A stretch of DNA of 64,000 nucleotides, taken from NCBI RefSeq assembly GCF_036676215.1, contig NZ_JAKFDJ010000068.1:65575-129574 (forward strand), in the 5' to 3' direction. The notes under the pieces were generated by a model that worked only from the letters and a program-made list of their open reading frames with translations, did not search any database and was not told the origin of the DNA. This document shows positions 38,162 through 47,236 of this stretch, one piece after another. Numbering within the stretch: the first letter of the stretch is position 1; each line of letters starts with the position of its first letter. This DNA comes from Devosia sp. (GTDB lineage: Bacteria > Pseudomonadota > Alphaproteobacteria > Rhizobiales > Devosiaceae). The translations under genes were made by a program, and so were the position numbers.

Positions 38162-38830
38162 CTAGATGCCGAACACGCCGGGAAGGCCCGAGACGTCGGC
38201 GATTTCTTCGTACTCGTAGTAGGGATTCGCCGGCTCGTGGCGGCGGTTTACCCAGACCTTGCTCTTTATTCCCAGATCATAGGCCGACATCAGGTCGTAG
38301 CGGAATGAGGAGGACACGTGGGTGATGTCCTGCGGGCCACAGCCGAGCATGTCAAACATGTATTCGAACGCGTGGAAATGCGGCTTGTATGCGCCGGCCT
38401 GTTCGGCCGTGTAGACGGCGTGGAACGGTGCGCCGAGCTTTTCCACGTTGGATGGAATCTGGACGTTCATTGCGTTCGAGAGGATAACCAGGGGGATCTC
38501 CTTGGCGAGCTTTGCCAGGCCCGCCGGTACATCCAGATGCGGTCCCCAAGTTGGCACGCGGTTGTAAACCATCTGCGCGTCTTCGGGACGGAACGGCACA
38601 TTGTTGCGCCGGCACGTCCGCTCCAGGGCGTTATGCACAACCTCGGCATAGGGCTTCCATGCCTGCATCACCTCGTCGAGGCGGTAGGCCGAGAAATTCC
38701 TGATGAACTCGTTCATGCCCGGCGCGTCGAGAAGATGGGCATAGAGGTCCGTGGCGGCTTCGGCCATCTGGAAATTGATGAGCGTGCCGTAGCAATCGAA
38801 GGTGACGTATTTGGGTCGGAAGCGGCTCAT
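38162..38830 (-). CDS. Haloacid dehalogenase type II (HAD)
   Basis: TFDCYGTL, ILSNA, YKPH, HVSSSFRYD; ATG at 38830. Confidence 0.9.
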   Translation of the reverse strand: MSRFRPKYVTFDCYGTLINFQMAEAATDLYAHLLDAPGMNEFIRNFSAYRLDEVMQAWKPYAEVVHNALERTCRRNNVPFRPEDAQMVYNRVPTWGPHLDVPAGLAKLAKEIPLVILSNAMNVQIPSNVEKLGAPFHAVYTAEQAGAYKPHFHAFEYMFDMLGCGPQDITHVSSSFRYDLMSAYDLGIKSKVWVNRRHEPANPYYEYEEIADVSGLPGVFGI

Positions 38831-39017
38831 TACTCTGAATCCTTTCAGGTTGCCTACCTGCACCTGAGCGTAGCCGCGACGCCAAGGCAGAATGTGCCGC
38901 AATTGGCGGGCATTCAGCAGATTGGCATGACCGCCACCAGCAAGACCGGCACGACCTTCCGCATGCCGGGGGGTACCGTGAAGCAGATGCCAGTGCCAGC
39001 AAAGGCGAAGCAAGACC

Positions 39018-39854
39018 GTGCAAACCGATATCATCGAATTGGCGCCCTTTGAGGCGCGTCATCTTGAGGAGGCCGTCGCATTGTCACATGCGGCCGGCTG
39101 GCCGCACCGGAAGAAAGACTGGGCAATGGTCTGGGCCTTGAGCGAGGGCCGCGTGGCCCTTGCCGGCGACCGCGTCGTGGGCACGGCCATGATGACACCA
39201 TTCGGCGAGACCTGCGCGACCGTCAACCTCATCATCGTCGACCAGAAGATGCGCGGTCGCGGCTTGGGCCGCCGGCTGACGACAGCGGCGATCGACCTTG
39301 CTGACGATCGCGAATGCCGGCTCGTTGCAACCACGGACGGCCTGCCGGTCTATGAGAAACTGGGCTTTCGGAGAACGCATGAAATTCGCCAGCACCAGGG
39401 TCTGGTGGCGCCGATCCAGGCGCCACGCGATGTCGAATGGGCCGATGGCAAAGATCTCAAGTCGCTGGTCGATCTCGACGCTGCGGCCTTCGCTGCTGAT
39501 CGGGGCGACCTTTTCGCCGTTCTGGCTAGTGAAGGGCAGTTCGCTGTTATTCGGGACCAGGGCCGCATCGTTGCCTTTGCCGCCGTCAGGCCATTTGGCA
39601 GGGGCGAGGTCGTTGGCCCGGCCGTGGGTCAAAACGAGGATCAGGCTCGCGCGCTGATCTCTTTTATCCTCGCCTCCCGAAAAGACCAGTTCGTGCGCAT
39701 CGACGTCGCCGGGCAGAACGACCTTTCCCCCTGGCTCGAAAGCCTGGGGCTCGGTGCGGTGGACGGCGGCATAGCGATGACCCGCGGCGGACCCGGACAA
39801 CGAGAGCCCGCAACAGTTCAAACCTTCGCCTTGGCCAGCCAGGCACTCGGCTGA
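39018..39854 (+). CDS. GNAT N-acetyltransferase (paralogue of 27849-28742)
   Basis: AGWPHR..DW, RGRGLGRRL, YEKLGF, RPFGRGEVVGP. Confidence 0.88.
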   Translation: MQTDIIELAPFEARHLEEAVALSHAAGWPHRKKDWAMVWALSEGRVALAGDRVVGTAMMTPFGETCATVNLIIVDQKMRGRGLGRRLTTAAIDLADDRECRLVATTDGLPVYEKLGFRRTHEIRQHQGLVAPIQAPRDVEWADGKDLKSLVDLDAAAFAADRGDLFAVLASEGQFAVIRDQGRIVAFAAVRPFGRGEVVGPAVGQNEDQARALISFILASRKDQFVRIDVAGQNDLSPWLESLGLGAVDGGIAMTRGGPGQREPATVQTFALASQALG

Positions 39855-39865
39855 ACAGAGGAATT

Positions 39866-41266
39866 ATGATGTACGCCAACTCTCTCGTCGAACTCGACAG
39901 GGCCCACCTCATCCACCCCGTAGCGTCCTGGCGGGGACACGAAAAGGCGGGCGTGCGATTGCTTGCCTCAGCCAAGGGTGCAACCGTCACCGACGCTACG
40001 GGACGCACCCTTGTCGACGGGTTTTCCGGGCTGTGGTGCGTCAATGCCGGCTACGGTCATGAGAGCATCGTCGAGGCGGCGAGCCGCCAAATGCGCGAAC
40101 TGCCGTACGCTACGGGCTATTTCGGGCTGGGAAGCGAGCCGGCAGTGCGTCTGGCTGCAGCACTCGCAGAGCGGTCGCCGGGCGACCTCAATCACGTCTA
40201 TTTCACCCTGGGGGGTTCGGACGCGATCGATTCCTGCGTGCGCTTCATCCGCTACTATTTCAACGCCAAAGGCGAACCGGATCGGGACCAGTTCATTTCG
40301 CTCGAACAGGGCTACCACGGCTCGTCAACGGTTGGCGCCGGCCTCACCGCCCTACCCGCGTTTCATCAGGGCTTCGGGCTGCCTTTCCCGTGGCAGCACA
40401 AGATTGCGTCGCACTATCCCTATCGCAACCCAGCCGGCACGGACGACGCGACCGTCATTGCGACTTCGGTCGCGGCGCTGCGAACCAAGGTGGCCGAGAT
40501 TGGCCCCGAGCGGGTGGCTGCCTTTTTCGCCGAGCCCATTCAAGGCTCGGGTGGCGTGATTGTTCCGCCGCGCGGCTGGATGAAGGCCATGCGTGACACC
40601 TGCAGCCAGCTCGGCATCCTGTTCGTCGCCGACGAGGTCATCACTGGCTTCGGGCGCACGGGCCCCCTGTTTGCCTGCGCCGAGGACGACGTGGTCCCCG
40701 ACCTCTTGACCGTGGCCAAGGGTCTGACCTCGGGCTATGTCCCCATGGGGGCGGTGTTCCTCACCGACCATGTCTATGACACTATCGCCGACGGCGCGGG
40801 TCGTTCGGCAGTCGGCCACGGCTTTACTTATTCCGCTCACCCAGTCAGCGCTGCCGTCGGCCTGGAAGTCCTGCGCCTCTACGAAGAGGGCGGCCTGCTT
40901 GAAAATGGTCGCGTCATGGGTGCTCGCCTGATGGACGGACTGAACAGCCTGCGCGACCACCCGCTGGTGGGCGACGTGCGGGGCCGCGGCATGCTCGCGG
41001 CGATCGAGCTCGTCACCGACAAGGAGATGAAGACGCCCCTGCCCGCCGCTGCGGACCCGAGCCGTCGCATCTTCGACAGGGCCTGGGATAATGGCCTTGT
41101 CGTGCGTGCTTTTGCTCAGGGGGCCATCGGTTATGCGCCCCCGCTGTGCTGCACGCCGGAGGAGATCGACGCCATCGTCGACAAGACGCGCCGCGTTCTC
41201 GACCTCACGCTCGAGGACGCCGATGTGCGCGCAGCGATGCGGCAGGTGTCACGATATGCCGTCTAG
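39866..41266 (+). CDS. Class III PLP aminotransferase (omega-amine type)
   Basis: GLWCVNAGYG, GYHGS, EPIQGSGG, DEVITGFGRTG, AKGLTSGY, HGFTYSAHP. Confidence 0.93.
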   Translation: MMYANSLVELDRAHLIHPVASWRGHEKAGVRLLASAKGATVTDATGRTLVDGFSGLWCVNAGYGHESIVEAASRQMRELPYATGYFGLGSEPAVRLAAALAERSPGDLNHVYFTLGGSDAIDSCVRFIRYYFNAKGEPDRDQFISLEQGYHGSSTVGAGLTALPAFHQGFGLPFPWQHKIASHYPYRNPAGTDDATVIATSVAALRTKVAEIGPERVAAFFAEPIQGSGGVIVPPRGWMKAMRDTCSQLGILFVADEVITGFGRTGPLFACAEDDVVPDLLTVAKGLTSGYVPMGAVFLTDHVYDTIADGAGRSAVGHGFTYSAHPVSAAVGLEVLRLYEEGGLLENGRVMGARLMDGLNSLRDHPLVGDVRGRGMLAAIELVTDKEMKTPLPAAADPSRRIFDRAWDNGLVVRAFAQGAIGYAPPLCCTPEEIDAIVDKTRRVLDLTLEDADVRAAMRQVSRYAV

Positions 41267-41381
41267 CGTGACAATTCACCACATTCTGCCGGCATCGGCG
41301 CCCGCTTCGGTGCGCAAATCCGGCGGGCACGGATCAGGATATGTTGTCCATCAGGGCAGTTAGCAAGCAGGGAGCAGAAAC

Positions 41382-42980
41382 ATGGATAAGTGGAACGGCC
41401 GCGACAGCGACCAAGTCGCAAGAATGATCCGACACGGCGTAAGCAGGCGCGACATGCTCCGCATGCTGACGGCCGGCGGCCTGGCCTTGACGTCCGCGGG
41501 GGCGCTGTTCGCAAGCGCCAGCCGCGCGCTCGCTCAGGAGCCGTTGAGGGGCGGCTCCATCCGCGTGGCCGGCATTACCTCGTCCAATGCCGACACGCTC
41601 GATCCTGCCAAGGGATCAAATCAGGCCGACTATGTGCGTGCCTGCGCGTTCTACAACCGCCTGACGGTCCTGGACGGCAGCGGGTTGCCGCAGAGCGAGC
41701 TGGCTGAAAGCGTCGAAAGCGACGACGCCCAGACTTGGACCATCAAGCTCAAGAGCGGCGTGACCTTCCACGACGGCAAATCGCTGACCTCGGCCGACGT
41801 CGTCTATTCGCTCAAGCGGCACCTTGATGAGGCCGTCGGTTCCAAGGTGAACTCGATGGCCAAGCAGATGACGGCCATCCAGGCGGTCGACGACCTGACG
41901 GTCGAGATCGGCCTCGAAGCGCCAAATGCCGACCTGCCCACCATTCTGGCTTTGCATCATTTCATGATCGTGGCCGACGGCACCACCGACTTTGCCAAGG
42001 CAAACGGTACCGGCCCCTTCATCTGCGAAGTGTTCGAACCCGGCGTACGCTCGGTTGGCGTCAGGAACCCGAACTACTTCAAGGAAGGCAAGCCGTATCT
42101 GGACTCGTTCGAGTTCTTCGGCATCCCTGATGACTCGGCACGCGTCAACGCGCTGCTTTCCGGCGACATTCAACTCGCCTCGGCCGTGAAGCCCCAGTAC
42201 ATGCGCATGATTGATAACAATCCAGACGTCACGCTGGTGCGCACCAATGCGGGGCTTTATACCAACCTCAATATCCGTCTTGATCTCGATCCCGGTGCAA
42301 AAGCCGGGTTTGCCGAAGGCGTCAAGCACCTGCTCAACCGGGAACTGATCGTAAACTCGATCCTGCAGGGCACCGGCGAAGTCGGCAACGATCAGCCCAT
42401 CCCGCCGTCGAGCTTCTACTACAACGCCGATCTGGCTCCCAAGCCATTCGACCCTGACCGGGCCAGGTTCCTGTTCGAGCAGGCTGGACTGCTTGGCCAG
42501 AACATTCCTATCGTAGCCTCGGACGCCGCCAGCCTGTCGGTGGAAATGGCCACCGTCCTGCAGCAGGCCGGCGCCGAGATCGGCATGAACTTCGAAATCC
42601 AGCGCGTGCCTTCGGACGGTTACTGGTCGAACTACTGGCTCAAGTCGCCGGTTCATTTCGGCAACATCAACCCGCGTCCGACCCCGGACGCGTATTTCTC
42701 GCTCCTCTATGCGTCCGACGCGCCCTGGAACGAGAGCCAGTACAAGTCCGAAACCTTTGACAAAATGCTGCTCGAAGCCCGCGGCCTGCTCGATCGTGAG
42801 CGCCGGAAGGAAATCTACCACGAAATGCAGGCCATGGTTGCCAATGAGGCAGGCACGATCATCCCTGCACGTCTTGGTGTGGTTGACGCCGCTGCCTCCA
42901 AGCTCAAGGGGCTCGAACCGAACCCGCTCGGCGGTATGATGGGCTATACTTTTGCCGAGCATGTCTGGCTGGAAGCCTAA
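41382..42980 (+). CDS. ABC transporter substrate-binding protein, family 5 (Tat-exported)
   Basis: SRRDMLR Tat signal; LDPA, VTFHDGK.LT..DV.YS, GTGPF. Confidence 0.92.
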   Translation: MDKWNGRDSDQVARMIRHGVSRRDMLRMLTAGGLALTSAGALFASASRALAQEPLRGGSIRVAGITSSNADTLDPAKGSNQADYVRACAFYNRLTVLDGSGLPQSELAESVESDDAQTWTIKLKSGVTFHDGKSLTSADVVYSLKRHLDEAVGSKVNSMAKQMTAIQAVDDLTVEIGLEAPNADLPTILALHHFMIVADGTTDFAKANGTGPFICEVFEPGVRSVGVRNPNYFKEGKPYLDSFEFFGIPDDSARVNALLSGDIQLASAVKPQYMRMIDNNPDVTLVRTNAGLYTNLNIRLDLDPGAKAGFAEGVKHLLNRELIVNSILQGTGEVGNDQPIPPSSFYYNADLAPKPFDPDRARFLFEQAGLLGQNIPIVASDAASLSVEMATVLQQAGAEIGMNFEIQRVPSDGYWSNYWLKSPVHFGNINPRPTPDAYFSLLYASDAPWNESQYKSETFDKMLLEARGLLDRERRKEIYHEMQAMVANEAGTIIPARLGVVDAAASKLKGLEPNPLGGMMGYTFAEHVWLEA

Positions 42981-43011
42981 GCGGCCCAGCCGCTGTCAAA
43001 GGGGACGCTCC

Positions 43012-43965
43012 ATGAGAACAACATTACCTAGACTTCTGATGGAGCGTCTCGCAATCGGCCTGGTGACATTGTTGATCGTCGCCATTGTGGTCTTCAGCGC
43101 AACGGCGCTGTTGCCCGGCGACGTGGCCGAGGTGCTGCTCGGCCAGGCGGCCACACCCGAGGCCGTGGCGGGGCTAAGGACGGCGATGCACCTGGACGAC
43201 CCGGCGCCGATCCGCTTCGTTTACTGGCTGCTGGGCCTGCTGCGGGGGGACCTCGGTCAGTCCTATGTCAACAACCTGCCTATTGCCGAGCTGATCGGTT
43301 CGCGGCTGCCCAACACGCTCAAGCTGGCAGGCATCACCGCGGCCATCGCCGTGCCCCTCTCGCTCTTTCTGGGCATCACGGCCGCTGTCGCCCGCGGCAA
43401 GGCATATGACCGCGTCGTGAGCATCATGACCGTCGGGGTGATTTCGGTCCCCGAATTCATGACGGCAACCCTGGCCGTGCTGGTCTTTTCGGTATGGCTT
43501 GGGTGGTTGCCCGCCCTGTCGCATCTCAGCAATGTCGACAGCTTCGGCGGCCTACTCCGCGCCTATGCCATGCCGGTTATCACGCTGACCTTTGTCATCT
43601 CGGCGCAAATGATCCGCATGACGCGCGCCAGCGTGATCGAAACGCTAGACTCTCCCTATATCGAAATGGCCCGGCTCAAAGGTGCTTCGCCCACGCGCGT
43701 CATCCTTCGGCACGCCCTGCCCAATGCGCTCGGCCCAATCGTGAACGCCATAGCGTTGTCGCTCTCCTATCTGCTCGGCGGCGTCATCATCGTTGAAACC
43801 ATCTTCAACTATCCCGGTATTGCCCGGCTCATGGTGGACGCGGTCGCAACGCGCGACCTTCCGCTCATCCAGAGTTGCGCCATGATTTTCTGTGTCGGTT
43901 ACCTATTGTTGGTAACGCTGGCCGACATCGTGGCGCTGATGGCAAACCCGAAATTGCGAGCCTAA
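43012..43965 (+). CDS. Peptide/nickel-type ABC permease (DppB-like)
   Basis: LPGD.A, GDLGQS, Y..MARLKG......RHALPNA, VETIFNYPG. Confidence 0.93.
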   Translation: MRTTLPRLLMERLAIGLVTLLIVAIVVFSATALLPGDVAEVLLGQAATPEAVAGLRTAMHLDDPAPIRFVYWLLGLLRGDLGQSYVNNLPIAELIGSRLPNTLKLAGITAAIAVPLSLFLGITAAVARGKAYDRVVSIMTVGVISVPEFMTATLAVLVFSVWLGWLPALSHLSNVDSFGGLLRAYAMPVITLTFVISAQMIRMTRASVIETLDSPYIEMARLKGASPTRVILRHALPNALGPIVNAIALSLSYLLGGVIIVETIFNYPGIARLMVDAVATRDLPLIQSCAMIFCVGYLLLVTLADIVALMANPKLRA

Positions 43966-43968
43966 GCC

Positions 43969-44790
43969 ATGACCATGCTCGGATATCGCTTCCCCCTGAT
44001 TGGCCTGGTTGGATTTGCCTTCCTCATCGTTTGGGCGCTGATCGCTATCGCCGCGCCGTTTCTGGTGCCCTATGGCGTCGGCGAGATCGTGGACTTCAGC
44101 ATCTTCACCACGTCGTCGGACCGCTTCCTGCTTGGCACGGACTATCTCGGACGCGACGTGCTGTCGCGCATTCTCATGGGGGCCCGCGTTACCATCGGCA
44201 TCTCACTGGCCGCCGTCACGCTGGCCGTGGTTGCCGGTGTGGGCCTGGGCATGATGGCCGCCCTCATTGGCGGCTGGCTGGACACTGCGATGAGCCGCTT
44301 CTTTGACGCGCTGAGTTCTATTCCCAGCAAGCTTTTCGGGCTCGTCGCGGTGGCTGGCGGCGGGTCTTCCATTCCGATGCTTATAGTCATCCTGGCCGTG
44401 ATCTATACACCCGGTGCCTACCGCTTTGCCCGGTCCCTCGCCGTCAACATCAACGCCATGGACTATGTCACGGTGGCCCGGCTGCGCGGCGAGAACCTGT
44501 TCTATCTGGCACGCGCGGAGATTCTTCCCAACATATTGGGACCGGTGTTGACCGATTTCGGCCTGCGGTTCGTGTTCGTGGTATTGCTGTTGTCTGGGCT
44601 CTCGTTCCTTGGGCTCGGCGTCCAGCCACCGTTGGCAGATTGGGGCGCGCTGGTGCGAGAAAATATAGGCGGCCTCGCCTTCGCGGCACCAGCCGTGATC
44701 ATGCCCTCCATCGCTATCGCGAGCCTCACGATCGCGGTCAACATTGCCATCGACAACCTGCCACGCAAAATCCGCGATCGGGGGGTCTGA
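43969..44790 (+). CDS. Peptide/nickel-type ABC permease (DppC-like)
   Basis: LGTDYLGRDVLSRI, ARLRGE, LSFLGLGVQPP.ADWG. Confidence 0.93.
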   Translation: MTMLGYRFPLIGLVGFAFLIVWALIAIAAPFLVPYGVGEIVDFSIFTTSSDRFLLGTDYLGRDVLSRILMGARVTIGISLAAVTLAVVAGVGLGMMAALIGGWLDTAMSRFFDALSSIPSKLFGLVAVAGGGSSIPMLIVILAVIYTPGAYRFARSLAVNINAMDYVTVARLRGENLFYLARAEILPNILGPVLTDFGLRFVFVVLLLSGLSFLGLGVQPPLADWGALVRENIGGLAFAAPAVIMPSIAIASLTIAVNIAIDNLPRKIRDRGV

Positions 44791-44791
44791 A

Positions 44792-46447
44792 ATGACCGAT
44801 CTAGTCAGCGTTCGAAATCTCACGGTCGATGCCACCAGCGATGCAGGCCGACACATCGAGATCATCAAAGGCGTCAGCTTTGACGTCGCGGAGGGCGAAA
44901 TCGTCTCCCTCATCGGCGAGAGCGGTTCAGGAAAGTCGACGATCGCCCTGAGCTTGATGGGATATGCCCGCTCGGGCTGTCGCATCGCCGGCGGCACGGT
45001 CATGGTGGACGGGCGTGACATGGTCACGCTGAGCGAACGGGCCCGGCAGAGCATACGGGGTGCCGTGGTCTCCTATATTCCGCAGAGTGCGGCAGCAGCA
45101 TTCAACCCTGCGCATACAATTCTCACCCAGGTGGTGGAGACGGCCCTTATCCACGGCCTGATGACTGAGGCGGAGGCACAGGCCCGCGCGGTAGAGCTAT
45201 TCGGCGCCCTCGCACTGCCTGACCCGGAAAAAATCGGCCTGCGCTACCCTCACCAGGTCTCCGGTGGGCAGTTGCAGCGCCTCGCTGCGGCCATGGCGCT
45301 CATCACCCATCCCAAGCTCGTCATCTTTGACGAACCGACTACGGCTCTCGACGTGACGACGCAGGTGGACGTGTTGCGCGCGTTCAAAGCCGTTATGCGC
45401 GAGCGCGGTATTGCCGGGGTCTATGTCTCGCATGATCTCGCGGTCGTCGCACAGGTTGCCGACCGCATACTGGTCCTTCGCAACGGCGCGGTACAGGAAG
45501 AGGGCGCGACCGAGCAGATCCTGTCAGACGCGCAGCATCCTTATACGCGCCAACTGCTGGCCGCCTTTCACCCCGCTCCGCGCGCTGCCGATCCGGCAAA
45601 GGCGCAAGCCGTGATCGAACCACCCTTGCTCGAGGTTTCGGACCTCGTCGTGGGCTACGGAAGGATCGAGGCGGACGGTCTGCCGCAAGTTACGGCGGTC
45701 AAGCATGTGAGCCTGCAGCTTGAGAAGGGCCGAAACCTGGGCATTATCGGCGAGTCCGGTTCCGGGAAATCGACCCTGGCACGGGCGGTCGCCGGCCTTC
45801 TACCTCCTTTGTCAGGTACGATCGGCTTTAACGGACGCGCTCTTGCGCCCCTCAGCAGGAACCGCAGCCTGCAAGATCTGCGCGACGTGCAGATCGTGTT
45901 CCAATCTGCGGATACCTCCCTCAACCCCGCTCATAGTGTGCGCGACATTCTCGGGCGCCCGCTGGCGTTTTTCCATGGCCTGACCGGGGTCGCGCAGGAC
46001 GCCCGCGTCGATCAGTTGCTCGACATGGTTCAGTTGACTCGATCGCTCGGCGACAGGCGGCCCAGTGAATTGTCAGGTGGACAGAAACAGCGCGTCAATC
46101 TGGCGCGCGCGCTTGCCGCCGAACCCAAACTCATCCTTTGCGATGAAGTGACCTCGGCGCTCGACACGGTGGTCGCCGCCGCGATAATCGAGCTACTCAA
46201 AGAATTGCAGCGCGAGCTTGGCCTGTCTTACCTCTTCATCAGTCACGACCTGGCCACTGTCCGCGCGATCTGTGACGAGGCGGCCGTCATGCACTGGGGC
46301 GAAAAGGTCGAGCAGCTCACGCCTCAGGGCATGGCCGCCGGGGGCAGCCATCCCTACACCCGCCTCCTATTTTCCTCGGTACCCAAGCTTGATCCGACCT
46401 GGCTCGACAGCTTCGATCGGAAACCGGAACAGGCGATGGCCGGCTGA
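44792..46447 (+). CDS. ABC ATP-binding protein with two fused ATPase domains
   Basis: Two GESGSGKS Walker A motifs; SGGQ signatures; DEPT and DEVT Walker B. Confidence 0.94.
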   Translation: MTDLVSVRNLTVDATSDAGRHIEIIKGVSFDVAEGEIVSLIGESGSGKSTIALSLMGYARSGCRIAGGTVMVDGRDMVTLSERARQSIRGAVVSYIPQSAAAAFNPAHTILTQVVETALIHGLMTEAEAQARAVELFGALALPDPEKIGLRYPHQVSGGQLQRLAAAMALITHPKLVIFDEPTTALDVTTQVDVLRAFKAVMRERGIAGVYVSHDLAVVAQVADRILVLRNGAVQEEGATEQILSDAQHPYTRQLLAAFHPAPRAADPAKAQAVIEPPLLEVSDLVVGYGRIEADGLPQVTAVKHVSLQLEKGRNLGIIGESGSGKSTLARAVAGLLPPLSGTIGFNGRALAPLSRNRSLQDLRDVQIVFQSADTSLNPAHSVRDILGRPLAFFHGLTGVAQDARVDQLLDMVQLTRSLGDRRPSELSGGQKQRVNLARALAAEPKLILCDEVTSALDTVVAAAIIELLKELQRELGLSYLFISHDLATVRAICDEAAVMHWGEKVEQLTPQGMAAGGSHPYTRLLFSSVPKLDPTWLDSFDRKPEQAMAG

Positions 46448-46505
46448 GAGCGTACTTGCGCATCACGGCGCGGACTGACCGACAGACGTCGGCGCAGCCT
46501 ACAAC

Positions 46506-46982
46506 CTATTCGCCAAACAGGCCCGCAAGGGGAAGGTGGCGCCGGTTTATCGGTGACTTAAGCACCACATAGCTGAAGTATTTGTCGATGCCGATATCCA
46601 TGTCGGTCAATCGTTCCATGATTTCCTGGTATTCCGAAATGCCGCGAGCCACGAACTTGAGCAGATAATCGTAGCCGCCCGAGACGAGGTGGCATTCGAT
46701 GACATTGTCGATCTTGCTGATCGCGGCCAGGAACCGCGCGAAATCGGTCTGACGATGGTTCTTGAGCGTTACTTCGGTAAAGACGGTCAGCATCTCCCCG
46801 AGCCGCGCGAGGTCAATATGGGCCGAATAGCCGACAATATATCCCTCGTCCTGCAACCTCTTCGTCCGCGTTAGGCATGGACTCGGTGATAGATGCACGC
46901 GCTCGGCCAATTCGACATTGGTCACCCGCCCGTTCTTCTGCAGCTCGGCCAGAATGTTGATGTCGATGCGGTCAAGCTTCAT
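46506..46982 (-). CDS. Lrp/AsnC family transcriptional regulator
   Basis: LDRIDINIL..LQ.NGR..N..LA..V.LSPSPC, ECHLVSG.YDYLL; ATG at 46982. Confidence 0.95.
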   Translation of the reverse strand: MKLDRIDINILAELQKNGRVTNVELAERVHLSPSPCLTRTKRLQDEGYIVGYSAHIDLARLGEMLTVFTEVTLKNHRQTDFARFLAAISKIDNVIECHLVSGGYDYLLKFVARGISEYQEIMERLTDMDIGIDKYFSYVVLKSPINRRHLPLAGLFGE

Positions 46983-47236
46983 AAGCCGGCTCCTCCAGGA
47001 GGCAGAAGTACTCCGAGGAGCCTCGGTGTCAAGCTCTGGAAACGGCGCTATCGCCCGCTGGGCTGCCCATCCGTTTCCATGGCAAAAGTGCCAGCCGCGG
47101 CGTGCCGACTGCGCGCATGGTCTCGTCGGACGCGGCACAGCATACTCCGATCTCGCTGCGGGCACTAAGCCCGCCGCCATTCTCACAAATGAGGAAATCG
47201 TCCCGCATTGGGTGTGACCTTCGGCCCGAGGAGACT

